Positions 14,601-27,428 of a stretch of 64,000 nucleotides of DNA are shown here, piece after piece (position 1 is the first letter of the stretch; the number at the start of each line of letters is the position of its first letter). Below the pieces are notes generated by a model. That model did no database searches. It was given only the letters and a program-made list of their open reading frames with translations, and was not told the origin of the DNA. Location: assembly GCA_030704615.1 (NCBI GenBank), contig CM060732.1:13206001-13270000 (forward strand). The letters are read 5' to 3'. Made by a program: the position numbers and the translations under genes. Source of the DNA: Takakia lepidozioides. Lineage: Eukaryota > Plantae > Bryophyta.

Positions 14601-16641
14601 CATATATCGGCCTCAAGTGCCCCTGCCTGCTCTAAATCAATGGTCTCAATCATTTCCAAAAACCGCTGCCGGAAAATGGGGTTGTCTGGGATTGCCACAA
14701 CTGCACTTCGATAGATTGCGCGGGCTATCTTATAACTTGCCTCATGCTGCACTGACGATATTCTCTCACTTTCCTGGTCTGCGACAGCTGCCTCTGCATC
14801 TTTCTCTACATCAGCACTAACTCCTTCAGCCGACCCCTGATAAACCTCCCCAGGATGATCAACCCCGTTACCAAACAAGCGCTCAGTTGGATCCGCATTA
14901 CAGAGCAACTTGATGGGTTCCCCATTTGCTTGGGGCCTGGTTGTCGGCCCTAGACCTAAAATCAACCGGCGAGCCCTCAGTTTCTGAGCGTACGTCAGTT
15001 CCAAGCGAAAATACTCCAGCCATAAAGTTTCAGAACGTGGACACATCCGGAGCCCTCGTTGCATAAGGGCACGTGCGGCAGTGACATTGAGATTATGTTC
15101 AAATTCCCAAGCGGCTGCATAAATCCACAAGCCAGGGACTGCTGAATGAAGCCGAAGTGCCTTTGTCACCACCTACAAGACAAAGTCTCATAATTCATGT
15201 CAACACTTGCCTCCTTGCTTACCCACAAGTTTGTTACATCCATGGATAAGAAACACATTGAACTACCAATAACTGAATGTCTATCAGGTTTCATGATGGT
15301 ATTTCAACCTGTCCAAGTCATGCTTAGTGAAGTATTGGGTTGAACACAAAGCTACACATAGGTTTGAATACAGCTCATCCAGTTACCAGTTACAAGAGTC
15401 TGCCTGCAAACCACTACCACTGTTGCAGAGGGCGTTTCAAATTCCCTTGTGCCCAGCAAATTTCACGTATAGGAGCCAAATGAAGCTAAAGCTCTTATAT
15501 CAGTTACCAGTTACAAGAGTTTGCCTGCAAACACTACCAATGCGACAGAAGGCTATTCAGCATCATTGTGCCTAGCAAATTTCAGGCCTAATGAAAGCCA
15601 AAGCTACTTGAAGTGAAATACATTGTGTCTAGTTCAGGGTTACAGTTGATTTTGTCATAGTGTTGCAAAATCCTACATTCAGCAAGCAAACATGATAAAT
15701 TAGAGACAATCACTGCATGCCATCATAACCCATAATCTTGGCATCCAGCATGCAACCAAGAGCACATCTACCTCTATTGCAAACGCATAAGAATTTCACC
15801 TTTTGCATTCGGCGGGAGCCCTTGGAGGAGCGGCAGTATTCCATATACCGCAGCCACAGGTCCAAATCTCCTTTGAATCTGGTGACTGCACGTTCGTAGA
15901 TCAACATGATGTGCATTGCACTCGAGCGGTCACATAGCGACGAGCGCCACCTCTCGCCGGTGGCCTTGATCTCCCGATGGAGTGCCTACGATGAAGCAAA
16001 GATTGGCATTTCAGTTGCCTCGGGAAAAATACATGTCTTGCACAAAAACCATGACACAAACACTCCATTGTCCAGTGCACTGGAACATTGATGTAGGCAT
16101 AACAAATCTAAGTTGAAATCGAAAAACCCTAAACCCTGAACCAGGCAAGAATCTTTTTCTTCTGTACGCAGTGTGTCTCGTAAAGTGGCTGTAATTAAGA
16201 CAGTAGACAGTTCGACAGTTAATAATCATTACTTCTTACCGGCCAAAGTGCAATGAAACATAGTGGGAATTTTAAACTTCAGGCCCACAAAATTCCGGTC
16301 TCCTCTCTCACTTCAAACTGGGAATCAAACTCTTGTATTCCCACTGCTAGGCAAGAGCGCTGAAATGAGTGACGCCCACCCTGACCCACGCCATCTTTGC
16401 AAGACGATGCGTTTGATAGTACCTTCTTTCTCAGCATCCGGAGGGCCTCCAGCTGTGTCTCGTATTCAACATAACGCAAATAGTCCTGCTTGAGTGTGGA
16501 ATGGCGCTTCAACAAATACTCAAAATCACGCCTCCTTTTCACAATCTCCTTGATCTCCGATCTGGAAAACAGGCCCCGCTTTTCCAAGTCATCCAGCTCT
16601 GGAAGCATACGCTCCAGATGATACTGCACCGTGTCCGCCAT
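11688..16641 (-). CDS. UTP6: U3 snoRNA-associated protein 6 (UTP6, HAT-repeat) homologue, 7 exons; frame apparently disrupted in exon 5 (pseudogene or assembly error)
   Basis: Exons 16641-16423 (MADTVQYHLERMLPELDDLEKRGLFS), 15985-15800, 15172-14477 (LWIYAAAWEFEHNLNVTAARALMQRGLR), ~14240-13853 (acceptor uncertain), 13447-13161, 13039-12853, 11783-11688 (AVYWRAKKTLRDPS). Exon 5 carries a 114/116-bp duplication that introduces an in-frame TGA. Confidence 0.9.
11900..12082 (+). mobile_element. Degenerate LINE (L1-type) fragment, zf-RVT region, in the last UTP6 intron
   Basis: KAYLLW...LTNKQMQQRGKGDCQYLMCGRPEDNINFLIQCP resembles the RT-associated zinc-binding motif K.FLW....LPT...L..RG......C..C....E...H....CP. 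Confidence 0.55.
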
Positions 16642-16900
16642 GCTGCTCTTCCCTGCTCTTCCCTAAACCCTAAACTACCTCCCCGTTCTCCTCCTCCTTC
16701 CTCCTCCTTCCATTTCCAAAACCCCTTAACCCTAGAATGCCTCAACCCTAGAATGCCTTCACGTTTCAAATTTGTAGCTCCAACGTTTATTTTATAGAAA
16801 AAAATAAACACAAATGAAACCCACCGCGCAGTGAATTCCAAGAGTTGAACCCAGCATCATCTAATGATAGATAAAAGAAATTCAAATACTATTATATGAC

Positions 16901-16985
16901 AGATCAGTTGGTAGCTTGCCAGTTGCACACTTTAGACCTAGTGCACTGTGTGCCACCCACGTGATTCTGGGTTCGAATCCCGCTG
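16901..16985 (+). mobile_element. tRNA-derived SINE-like head (Pol III A and B boxes)
   Basis: A-box-like AGATCAGTTGGTAG (16901-16914) and perfect B box GGTTCGAATCC (16970-16980); no cloverleaf; degenerate B-box-like echoes follow to ~17230. Confidence 0.5.
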
Positions 16986-17417
16986 CCTTGTCTGGTTTGG
17001 GTGAGTTCGGATCCTGCTACCCACCTGGTTTCGTAGCCTCTGGGTCTGGGGTTGGATCTCCTGCATATCTTCACGGCTCATAAATGAAAGAGGGTTAGTC
17101 TTTGAATTATGGGCTACCCAATCACTGTCAGGTTGCCTTAATTCGAAAATAAAATAACAAAATCCACCAGTGGGTGTGTGGTATTATTGAGTTTCGCGGC
17201 CTTTGGGTCTGGGGTTCAATCTCCTGCGTGCCTGATTCAAAGGGCCTCCAGTACTTATATTCAAGGGATTGCCATCTTCATGTGAATCTTCAACTGCCCC
17301 TCTCTTCACACTCGCGTAACCACAAAGACAAGTCATGCATACCGGGAACAATACACGAGGCACATCATCGCTGCGACACGTGGGTATCCACGTGCGCGCT
17401 AGGCCAACCGCGCTGCC

Positions 17418-18264
17418 CGGTCCCAATATGGATGTGGCTTGATTTTATTGCAGGCGTGGGAGCTGACGGGTACGGCCCGCGAGGTACAGCCGGAACCCCC
17501 GCTCCGGCAGCCTCATCGGCGAGCTGGACGCCCCATGTCAAATCATCCCCACCCCTCTGCCCGTTGCCCCGCCCCCGCCCCCGCCCGCTGCTCCCCGCGG
17601 CCCCCTGACCCGCGCCCGGGACCCCTGACCCCCGCCCCACCGCTGGCCGCCCGGCACCCCACAGCACCGCCCGATCTCCAGCCACGTGGCGGCCCCCTGC
17701 TGTGGATCCCCTCACTGGGTTGATCCCCCACCCCCATCTCCAGCCACGTGGCGCTACCCTGAACCGTCGATCCCCTCCCCATCCATCCAACCTCAATTGA
17801 ATGGATGACGGCCGGATGAAGGCCCCATGACGCGCCCATCGCCACGTGGCGCTCCCGCCGCCGTCGATCCCCTCCTCCCATCCACGGCGCGCTCCCCCCA
17901 GACGTCGCCGCTCCCCCCGACACGCCTTGATCCCCTTCCGGACCAGGAGTGATCCCCCAACCCTAATCACCCGCCACGTGCGGCTCCCCCAGACCGTCGA
18001 TCCCATGCGCATCCATCCGACCTCACAAACAGTGGATGTTGTGTGTCATCCGCCCCTCATCCCCCACCATCCTCCCGCTCCCCCCGTCGTCGATCCCCAC
18101 TTCCCATCGATGGCCCGATCCCCCGACACGTCGCCGGCCCCCCCCACCCCCCTCGGTTGATCCCCCGTCCAATGCGGTGTCTGATCCCCCTCCACCCATC
18201 GGACGGCACGTGGCGCTCCCCCCGCCGCCGATCCCCACTTCCCATCCACGGCGCAGTCCCCGAC
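17418..18264 (+). repeat. Left TIR (~850 bp) of the MULE, built of GATCCCC and CCACGTGG sub-repeats
   Basis: Reverse complement of ~31727-32556 with scattered substitutions and indels. Confidence 0.92.
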
Positions 18265-20380
18265 CTGGCTTGATCCCCACTCCGGACCAGCAGTGATCCC
18301 CCACCCCTAATCGCCCGCCGCGTGCTGGTCCCCCGAACCGTCGATCCCCTGCTCATCCATCCAACCTCAAAACAAAGGATGTTCTGGTCATCCGCCCCTC
18401 ATCCCCCCGCCATCCCCCCGCGCAGTGGATGGGCGACGGCCGGATTAAGGCCCCATGGCACGCGCACCGCCACGTGGCGCTCCCCCCGCCGTCGATCCCC
18501 TCATCCCATCGGAGGCGGGATCCCCCGCAACTGGGTTGATCCCCCGCCCAGGGCGGGAGTGATCCCCCACTCCCAATCGTGCGCCACGTGGTTCTCCTCA
18601 AACCGTTGATCCCCTGCGCATCAATCTTACTTATAACCACTGCCGTTCACAGTGACACACCGCCACATCGCAATCCCCTCCGCCGTTGATCCTTCCAACG
18701 GTTAGAGGCCTGATCCCCCGAGCCCAGGCGCAGTCCCCCGGGCCTTCGACCATGGACGGCACAATCCCCGCGCTGTCGCTCCCCCCGCCTCGATTGATCC
18801 CCTCCTCCAATTCGGGGACTGATCCCCCTCCCCACATTTTCCGCCACGTGCTGCTCCACGGTGCCCTCCATGACATGTGGGCCACGTCGCGATCCCCTGG
18901 TCGTCGATCCCCCCCCCCCCCCGCCCCCTCACCGCACCGTCCATCCCCCTCAACCGCATGCCGGCACCCCCAATGTCGATCCTTTCCCGATCCCCTGCTC
19001 CCCCTAGGGACTAATCCCCCTTGGCCCTCTTCAACGTGATGTGGCCATCCCCCCGCCGTCCGATAGTTTTGCGCGATGGTCCACTGCGTGGCGCTCCCCC
19101 GGTCGTCCATCCCCCTCCCTGGTCTTGCCGCCGATCTCCTGCTTTGATCCCCCTTCGACCGATCCCCCAATCCCTTCCATTTCCAACGGTGGGTATCGCA
19201 CCACGTGGACCTGCATGTGATGTTCATTTCGTCGTGGAGGTAGGGTTCTCCATCTGGATTGAGCGAGGGTTTCCAGCTATCGTGCTTGTTCGTGCTCCTG
19301 CTTCGATGGGCTTGGGATGACCTGCCAGGGCCTCAATCGTGTGCGCTCTATGGCGTTTGTGATTCTCTTGCAACTCACGTCTTGCATACAATGCGTACAG
19401 GGGGTTTTCTTCTCTTCTTCTTCTTCTTCTTCTTCTTTTGTTGTTCTTTCTTGTTTGCCTCTTTCTTGTTTGTTGTTTGTTGTTTTTCAGCCTCAACTTC
19501 ATGTTTGTTTTTTCATACTACTTACCTTGCTAGATTCAAATGTGAACATCTGTGTATTGCAAAATCGAACATGGTTGGGTATCGAGCAGCTGAATAGGAT
19601 TGATGGAGGTTGGAGAGTCCAAGATGGTTGTATACCGGCCAGCTCATAATGCATGCACTTATAGGGATTTCTTTTTCGACCTAGCATGGTGTTTTACTCG
19701 TCCTACACAACGGTCTCTTCTCATGTTCCCTGCCCTTGCAGTTTAGGGTCCCCTTCCTCTTATGAGTTGTCTCCCTCCCTGAATCCGTCACTTGCAAACC
19801 CCCAAACATCCAATCCCTCCCGAGTTTTTGCTCCCCCACTGTTTGGTCCCCCCGCCGCTCCCCCTGTCTTCGGTGCCCACGTGTCACCTCCCTGACCACA
19901 GAATCGCCATGCATGTCATATCCAGTACTCTCCGCACATGTCAGCTCCCCTTTACTAACATCACCCCACATGTCTGGTCCCCCTACTTTGATCCCCATGT
20001 TCTGGGAGTGGCTAGGGGTTCGCTCCCCCTTCACATCTCCCCATGCCTGCTCCCCCTTATGACCGCCCAGATCTCCCCTCGTGTCGACATTAGTGATCCC
20101 CACTTTGGTGCTGTTGACACGTGTCCATCGACTGATCCCCTGCTCCCCCACATGCCCGCTCCCCTAGCTACACTGCACGTGCGGAATGTCTTCCTCGCGA
20201 AGCGACTCTTCGGTGGCGGCTCTTCGTTGTGGTTTTTCAGCTGCTCTATTCATATCCTCTTTGTTGTCTATGCTGTGTGTTTTCCTTTTGTTTGTTGCAA
20301 TCCGTGTGCTCTTCCTTGTTCTCTGGCTTCTGTTCCTTGCTTTTTATTTTCTGTATTTTGGCGTCGTGTGCTCGTTGCCG

Positions 20381-23300
20381 ATGGCGAAGACTAAGGTTGT
20401 TCCCCCTGAGGATGGTATGCTGGTTTTTTGGCACAAGCCTAAGAAAGGGGACGAGGTTCTTTTCTGGTATACGCCAACTGAGTGGGAGGAGATGATAGTG
20501 GAGGCAGAGGCGGACTTCAGAGTTCGTGTTGGCGCGAAACAAAGGAATCCCTATAAGTGCAAGTTTTGTGGGCGGCCCATGAAGGATAAGGTTAGGTTGA
20601 ATAGGCATGTCATTGATTGGGAGGGTTGTCCTTGGTTGAACATGGTGGATGGTTGGGACGAGGTTTAGTTGCCACTAAAACCCTGGCCCGCTGCCGAGTT
20701 CCCGAAGCAGGTTACTAATTTTGTGGAGAGGTTGAGAGGGTGTACAAACCCCAAAGCGAGGCGCGTACCAGGAGACGAGGTGTCCCCTACTGATCGGTAG
20801 CAGCAGCCCAAAGGAGCGAGAAAACGGAAGCTTGATGCGCCTGCACCATCACAAGTGGCTGCCCCTCACAAGAGGAGTAGCCATAGTGGGTCCAACACCG
20901 ATTTTGAGCGCACCAAACCAAAGAAGGGGGCAAAAAAGGTTAAGATTGTGACTACTTTACCCTCCGCCCATGAGAGACAAGCCAAAGTGCGGCCTGAACT
21001 TGCTGTCACTTGGAGTAGAAAGCCAAAGAAAAAATATCCCTACAGCCGTGAGCAGCCAGCAGCAGAAATGGGGGGGATCGGACATGGGGGGGATCCGTCT
21101 CAAAGTCAGGGGGGCCAGTCCGGAAAACAGCGAAGACACGCAGATGTGGGGGAGCAGACTACTCAGTACGACGAGGGGGAGCAGACTACTCATCAGGACG
21201 AGGGGGAGCAGCCTGGGAGCTCGGGGCATCTTGCAGGGGATGGGGCCATGGATATCGACCACGACACACCGCACCCGATCAGTCCTGCTGGAACATTTAT
21301 ACTCCTGCAACATGGACTTCTCCCTTCCAATTTTGCTGACCAGAATGATGAAAGATTATGGGATGTATTTGTGGATTTCGCATGGAGTGGAGGGTTTGCA
21401 AAGGGAGTGGAGAGGGCTGAACGCCGCTGGAGAAGATGGCTTCTACAAGAACAGGTTTGTTTCACCTCCCAATCTTAGTTTATGGCCATCTGCTCCCCCC
21501 AATAGTTTCCCGGGATTGCCCCCGGTTTGTAAATGCTCATTCTGTGTTGCATTTTTGCCTGCAGATCAATGCTTCCGCAGGAGAAATTGAGGCTGTGCGG
21601 AAATCAGTGCGGGCATGGAGCACCTGCAAAGACGGCGTTCCCTGTGCTCTATCCATTGGGCTGGAGTTGGAAGATTTTGAGAGCTACCTTGTGGGAAAGA
21701 TGAGTACCCCTATCGTAACACCCTCCTGTCCGGTGAATGTTGTTCCCCCCCCATCATGCCTGTCTCTGCTCCCCCTTCATCGTCTACCCCTCCCCGCCTC
21801 TGCTGCAAACAGGTCTGCTCGCCCCATATCAGGTCCCCCCACGTCATGTCCCCCTTGCACCGTTCCCCCCTCTTCTGCTCCCTCGACTTCTTTCAGGTCT
21901 GCTCCCCCCTCTGCTACTCCCCTCTCTACTGCTCCCCCCTCTTCCGGGCTGCTCTGGGTATTCGGGCACCGAAGGTTAGCTCCAAATTCTGCTCCCCCTC
22001 ATCTGTAGATCTCCAGTTTGATATTGTTGAACTATTGCTGGAGGAGCAGGACGTTTGACGTCTGCTTCCTGAATTCCCTCTCCTAAGAACTACCGAGGAA
22101 TCTGATGCCATTGTCACCTGGCTGAAATGTCAATGTCCAGCCCGACTGCCTCCGGTCCCTGTTCCCCTCCAAGTTTTTTCTACCATGGACCCTCGACCCC
22201 CTATTTCACACTTGTATCCTTTGGCCAATTTAAGACATGGCATCTTGCCCAGTCATATCATGATGCTTTTTGCACCGCATACTGCTCACAAACTGCCCTA
22301 CCATGGATTTGGACTCTTCTTGCATTGAGGTTGGCGGACGTTTGGGAATTTTCAGAATCAGGAGACTATGTTGAAAGAAGTGCTCCTGGCAGAGGGTCAG
22401 CTTAGATATGGTACAATGCAGGACAAAATGCAAATCGTTGACTCCTACCGAGCATTTCTTCGCATGGTGCGTGCCCGAGCGTTTCATGAATTTGCAGCAA
22501 CGAAAACCGCCCACTTCCAAGTTTTGTGGTGCAAGGGCAATGATGCCAAAGGGATACGACGTGCAGCCAAGGCCTGGGAGGATCTATTGTTTAGGCGGGA
22601 GCACATTGATTTGGGACGCTACGTGCATCTTTTGAGTAAGTGCATGCTTTGCCTCTCCAACAGTCTGTCATTGTGAAGATCAAAATTGGAATAGATAAAT
22701 GGGGGAGCAGACTTTACAGTCGGGGATCGGGGGATCAGGGATCACGGGGGTCAAAGCTAAGACACAAGCGCTTGTCTCTGTGATAGGTGAGGCTGAGGTA
22801 GCTGATGTTGGAGTTCAAAATGCCATGGAGGAGGTCTTACGAGCAAACAAGGTGTTGTTGGCGAGAAGACATGAACTATACGACCGACGAGTGTCACCAT
22901 ATGCCCCTCACCTTTCCCACATCGACGTGGACGCCTTCAATTCATCGCAGTTGTCCCACCATGCATCGCAGATGGCGTCGCCAACACCCTCACAGGTTGA
23001 AGACCTTCAAGCGTCTCATACAGAGACTTTTCAAGTGGAATCTCCGATGGCAGGTTTCTACACACCCATTGCGGAAGTTTATGTCAATCCCATCCCCTCT
23101 CATATTGTTCTGCCTCACAGTCTTCTTTTAGACTGCCGAAGGGAATATTCCTCTGCCCTCGTTGTCTCTGCTGCCCCCGCCTCTTCTCCCCTTCCTATCT
23201 CTGATCGCTCCCAAGGAGCGGCCCTCCTCTCTGCTACCCTCTCTGTCTCTGCTGCCCCATCATGTGATGTCCCCGCCGCTGCTCCCCTTCAAATCTGTGA

Positions 23301-25761
23301 ACCCGCACCAGGTGCTACCCTCCTCTCCGCCCCCCCCCCCCCTGTGTCTGTCGCCCTCTCTGCCACTCCTCCTCAACCATGTGATCCCCCCGCCTCTGCA
23401 CTTCTTCCATTATTTGCTCCCCCAGAAGTGGCTACCCTCGTCTCACCGCATGCTATCCCATAGGACTCATCTCCCTCCTCGCATGAGTTTTCTTTTTGTG
23501 CTCCCCCCTCATCTGGTACTGCTTTTGTGTGTATCACTGCTCCCTCCCTTTCTAATCTCCCTTTAGCCCTGGCAGCCCCCACCTCTACTCCCGATTTTTT
23601 GTCTGCTCCCCCAGATCTGCCTTCTACGAAGCATGCATCCGTGTGTGACCCTGGTCCCCCCCTGTCTGCCCCTGACTTCCACTCTTCTTCCCCACATCTG
23701 TCTGCTCTCTCGCATGCTACTGTGACTCCCTCCGGTCCCCCCTTAGTGCTCCATCACCCGAGGTGTCATCCCCCAACGTTGTTCCCGATGTCATGCCTGC
23801 TCCCCTCCATGTATATGCTCTGTCGCGGGCTGTTGTGTCTCTCTGTGGTCCTTCAGTCTCTGCCCTTGTCCAATCACCTCTTTCAACTCATCCCGAGTCT
23901 GTGTGTACTTCCCACATGGAGAGGGAGGATGTGCCAAGAATGGTGGATCCAACTACCAAGTCCAGCAGATTTGCAGCTGTTTCCAGTCCTCTGCCGACGA
24001 CACAGGTTGAGGTTATTTCAACGTTGGTGACCCCTGAACGCCAGTCATTGGCAAGGAACACCGAATTGGCAACGGAGGGGTTTGTTCCGCCCATGTCAGT
24101 TTTCCTAGGTGCACCCGCGTATCATGCACAGGCCATCCCGTTGATATCCGCACTCGCAGATAGTCTGGTCTCCCCCACAGCAGAGCGCTTACTCCAGCCC
24201 CCTGGTACTGCTCCCATCGCTTCCACAGATCCTTGGAATATTGAATTGGGGGTCACCCCTGGCTCCACATTCACCACGGGTCTGATGGTGCCTGCGCCTA
24301 TGGTTTCTGCTCCAATCCCCCTGCACATGGGTTTGACCTCCGGCAAACCATCATCTGGCCCAGTAGCAGGTCGAACACGGCATAGGGTTGTTGCAAAAAC
24401 TTCGGGACGCCAATTGAACCTGCAGGGCATGGAGCAGGTGGATCAGAAAGAAACAAAGGATAAGGGGAAGGAGAAGGAACACATGAAGGGCAAGGGGGAA
24501 CAGACCGGAGAGGGGATCGGCAAGGGGAAGCAAAGACCCCCGAAGGATGAGGGGGAGCCGAAGCGATGTGGGGGAGGGAGGAGATCAACCGTGCAGCTGA
24601 GGGGGAAAGTAAAGCTATCACCAAAACAGGGAAGAAACGGAAGGCGAAATCTGGTCGGCCAGAAGTCACTAAGTAAGTGGGCCAGGGCTTCCAACGACCA
24701 AGGGGGGGACCAAATTCGTGGTGAGTACATTCAGCAGGGCTTATACACATGATAGGGGGATGATATGGTTGCTTGAAAACACCCTTAACAGTTAATTGTC
24801 TGCCTGTGTGACTTCGTGAGCTTGTGTACAATGCATAAACCAGAATAGACTGAGGGAAAAGCTCCCAGAGGACAAGGGCTGCCTTGTTTTCTTCAAAGGC
24901 ACTCCACAGGAGTTCATTCTAGGTTCATGGGATTATCTACGGTTGTCAAAATTGTATGGGGAAGCGAGGGATGGAGGGGTGTTTTTGTATGCCAATATTT
25001 TGCAGCTATCCCTGGAGGAGAGTAATCGTTGGTGGTGGGCTGTGATGGACATACTGATATGGACGGCTTTGGAGCCATCATCCAAGGATGACCTTCACAG
25101 GATTTCCAAAGGGCTTGTAAATGATTGGGTAATTGAGAAGTGCCTAGGGAAGGATCCAGATAAGGTTCAGACATGGTTCGTCCCCTTATGCTTTGGGTAC
25201 GTCCCTCAATCCTCTTATTTTGCAGCTTTGACCAACTTTGATTTGATTTGGAGAATGGAAAGCATTAGTCTGGCCTCAAACACATGTGCGTTCTGCAGGG
25301 GCCATTGGAGTTTGATGGTTTTTGATAAGTCCATGTTTGTGCATCTGAATTCCATGACATCATTCAAATCCCATAGCCAACTTGCCTTTGAAACGAGTCT
25401 TCACACTTTTAGAGCATACCTACACAAAGCCGAACCGGACTCAGTACTTTGGAATGAAATAATGGCATGGGAGTGGCTGGAACCTGAGGTGCCACAACAA
25501 CCAAGCGGCTGGGAGTGTGGCTACTTTGTAATGACTTTCATACAGAAATATTTGGAGACCAAAATCACAAAAAAATGGGGGGCAACTTTTACAGCGGATT
25601 GGTTTATATGTGAGTACGCAATATCAAAGCAGGATTTTCTTTGTGGATGGATAGTGGATAATTGGGATGATGCAGATTTGCAGCGTAGACTATCGCATGT
25701 GCATGCCTCGGATGCTGAGGATGTAGCTATTGTATCTCCATTCCCCACAAAAAAAAAATGA
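20381..25761 (+). pseudogene. MULE accessory gene: N-terminal Zn finger, long Pro/Ser-rich linker, C-terminal Ulp1/C48 SUMO-protease domain; multi-exon with premature stops
   Basis: MAKTKVV...NPYKCKFCGRPMKDKVRLNRHVIDWEGC at the 5' end; in-frame TAG stops (e.g. 20666-20668); 3' region GHWSLMVFD..HLNSM..VPQQPSGWECGYFV matches the Ulp1 His/Asp/Gln/Cys motifs (Asp position reads Asn). Exon structure not resolved; may be more than one gene. Confidence 0.75.
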
Positions 25762-26393
25762 AGCTTGTCCTCCTCTTTGTAATCCCTTTGTGCCTTCTTT
25801 GGTGTCCACTGTGTTGTGAAGGGGATGAAGAGGTGAGGGGATCCTTGAGGTGGATCAGACAACCAGGGATGAGGGGGGGCCAGGGGGGTCAGGGGGATCA
25901 GGGGATCAGGGGGCTCAGGTTCAGGGCGGTCGGGGGATGAGGGGATGAAGAAGACAAGGGATTGTACAAGGGGTTAGCGGGGATCGGGGAAGCAGGGGAA
26001 CGGGTGGGGAGAACAGGGGATCAGGGAACCAAGGGAATGGTTGGGGAGATCAGGGGATTAGGGAAGCAGGGGAACCGGCCGGGAGAAGAGGGGATCAGGG
26101 AACCAGGGGGACGGGTGGGGAGATCAGGGGATCATGGAGGGAATGTCAGGAGCTGGACGGGGGATAAGGGGATGAGGGGACCACGGGGTGAGGGGATGAG
26201 GGACGACAGGTTTCGAATCGGGGGATCGGGGGATTACTGGTGAAAAGTCGCGTGTGAAGGGGCAAGTTGTGAAAGGTCATGTCCATGTTTTGCACTATGA
26301 AAGGTCACGTCCCTTGCATGTACGAGTGGTGCATAAGCATGCAACAAAAACTGAAAAATAAGCCCCAAAGCAAAATTTGAAATTTGCCCAACA

Positions 26394-26823
26394 ATGGCGG
26401 AGACCCCAGAGTCGGAAGATGACCCAGAGCCCACAAACTTTCGCTTTAGTCCAAGACAGTGTCATTTGCTCTGAAAGGGACGATGATACTGAAGCATCGG
26501 TTTTATGGTGCACTGCCTTGCAAATGCAATGGTATCCTCCTTTTCAAATGGAGAACTTTGAACTGGTGGCTTCACGTTGGAAGCGAATGTATAATGGTTA
26601 TGAGACAGAATGGCTTTCAAAACCACATATACGGTGTCCGATATGTTATATACACTATGGGAATCCAAATGGTTCCCACCGAGGTCACCACAAATGTCTC
26701 CCATACCACTGTGAATCGCACAAAACATCATGGGTCACTGAACACAAGGCGCTGGCTTCAATAATTGCCCCGCCGGATGACAACCACACTGCCTTGTTGA
26801 GCGAACTCTTTGGGTGTACATAG
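26394..26823 (+). pseudogene. Third MULE ORF, small Cys/His-rich protein of unknown function (probable 1-nt frameshift near 26440)
   Basis: caacaATGGcg start gives MAETPESEDDPEPTNF, which joins by frameshift to ALVQDSVICSE...RCPICYIHYGNPNGSHRGHHKCLPYHCESHK...; AT-richer coding-like island between G-rich motif arrays. Confidence 0.45.
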
Positions 26824-27428
26824 GGGAGCAGTGCACGGTGAAGGGGACCGGACATATAAGTCCATTGTAAAGCCGCAGGGGATGGGGGGATGAGGGGGAG
26901 CAGTGAATGGGAAGGGGATCACGGGGAGCTGAGCACAACCTCGGGAAGCAACGGTGTGAGGGGGCCAGCTTTGAGAAGGGGGATCAGGGAACCTCTGCCA
27001 TTTCAGGGGAGCAGAGGCCGAAGCACTACAAGAAGAGGGGGATGATGGGAGGAGAGGCATGATGGGAGGAGAGGCATGATGGGAGGAGGGGAGCAGTGTG
27101 CTTGCAATGCAAAAAATGTGGCAGGGAATGCACTTGAGACTGGTGGCAACCGTTTTTCAGTATTGGAATTCAGGACTGTTAATTTAAGTGGGCGGTAATT
27201 TGTGTTTTGAACATCACTGCAAATGCATGCATATAGGCTCAATTGCAATAAAAATCATCCACATCTCCTTCATTCCATTGTGAATCACATAACACATGCG
27301 TCACTGAACATAGCTTCAGCCATTTTGAATAATGAGAAATTGTTTGATACCAAATGCTTCGATGAGAATGCAATATCAGGGAAATCAGCAATCTGAATGG
27401 GAGCACGAGAGCATAAACCTGCTTGCTC

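Noticed and set aside
16901-16985. Functional tRNA gene
   Set aside because: A and B boxes are present, but no acceptor or anticodon stems could be formed.
17174-19320. Many overlapping Pro/Gly/Arg-rich ORFs (mirrored at 31480-32640)
   Set aside because: Artefacts of GC-rich, stop-poor TIR and subterminal repeats.
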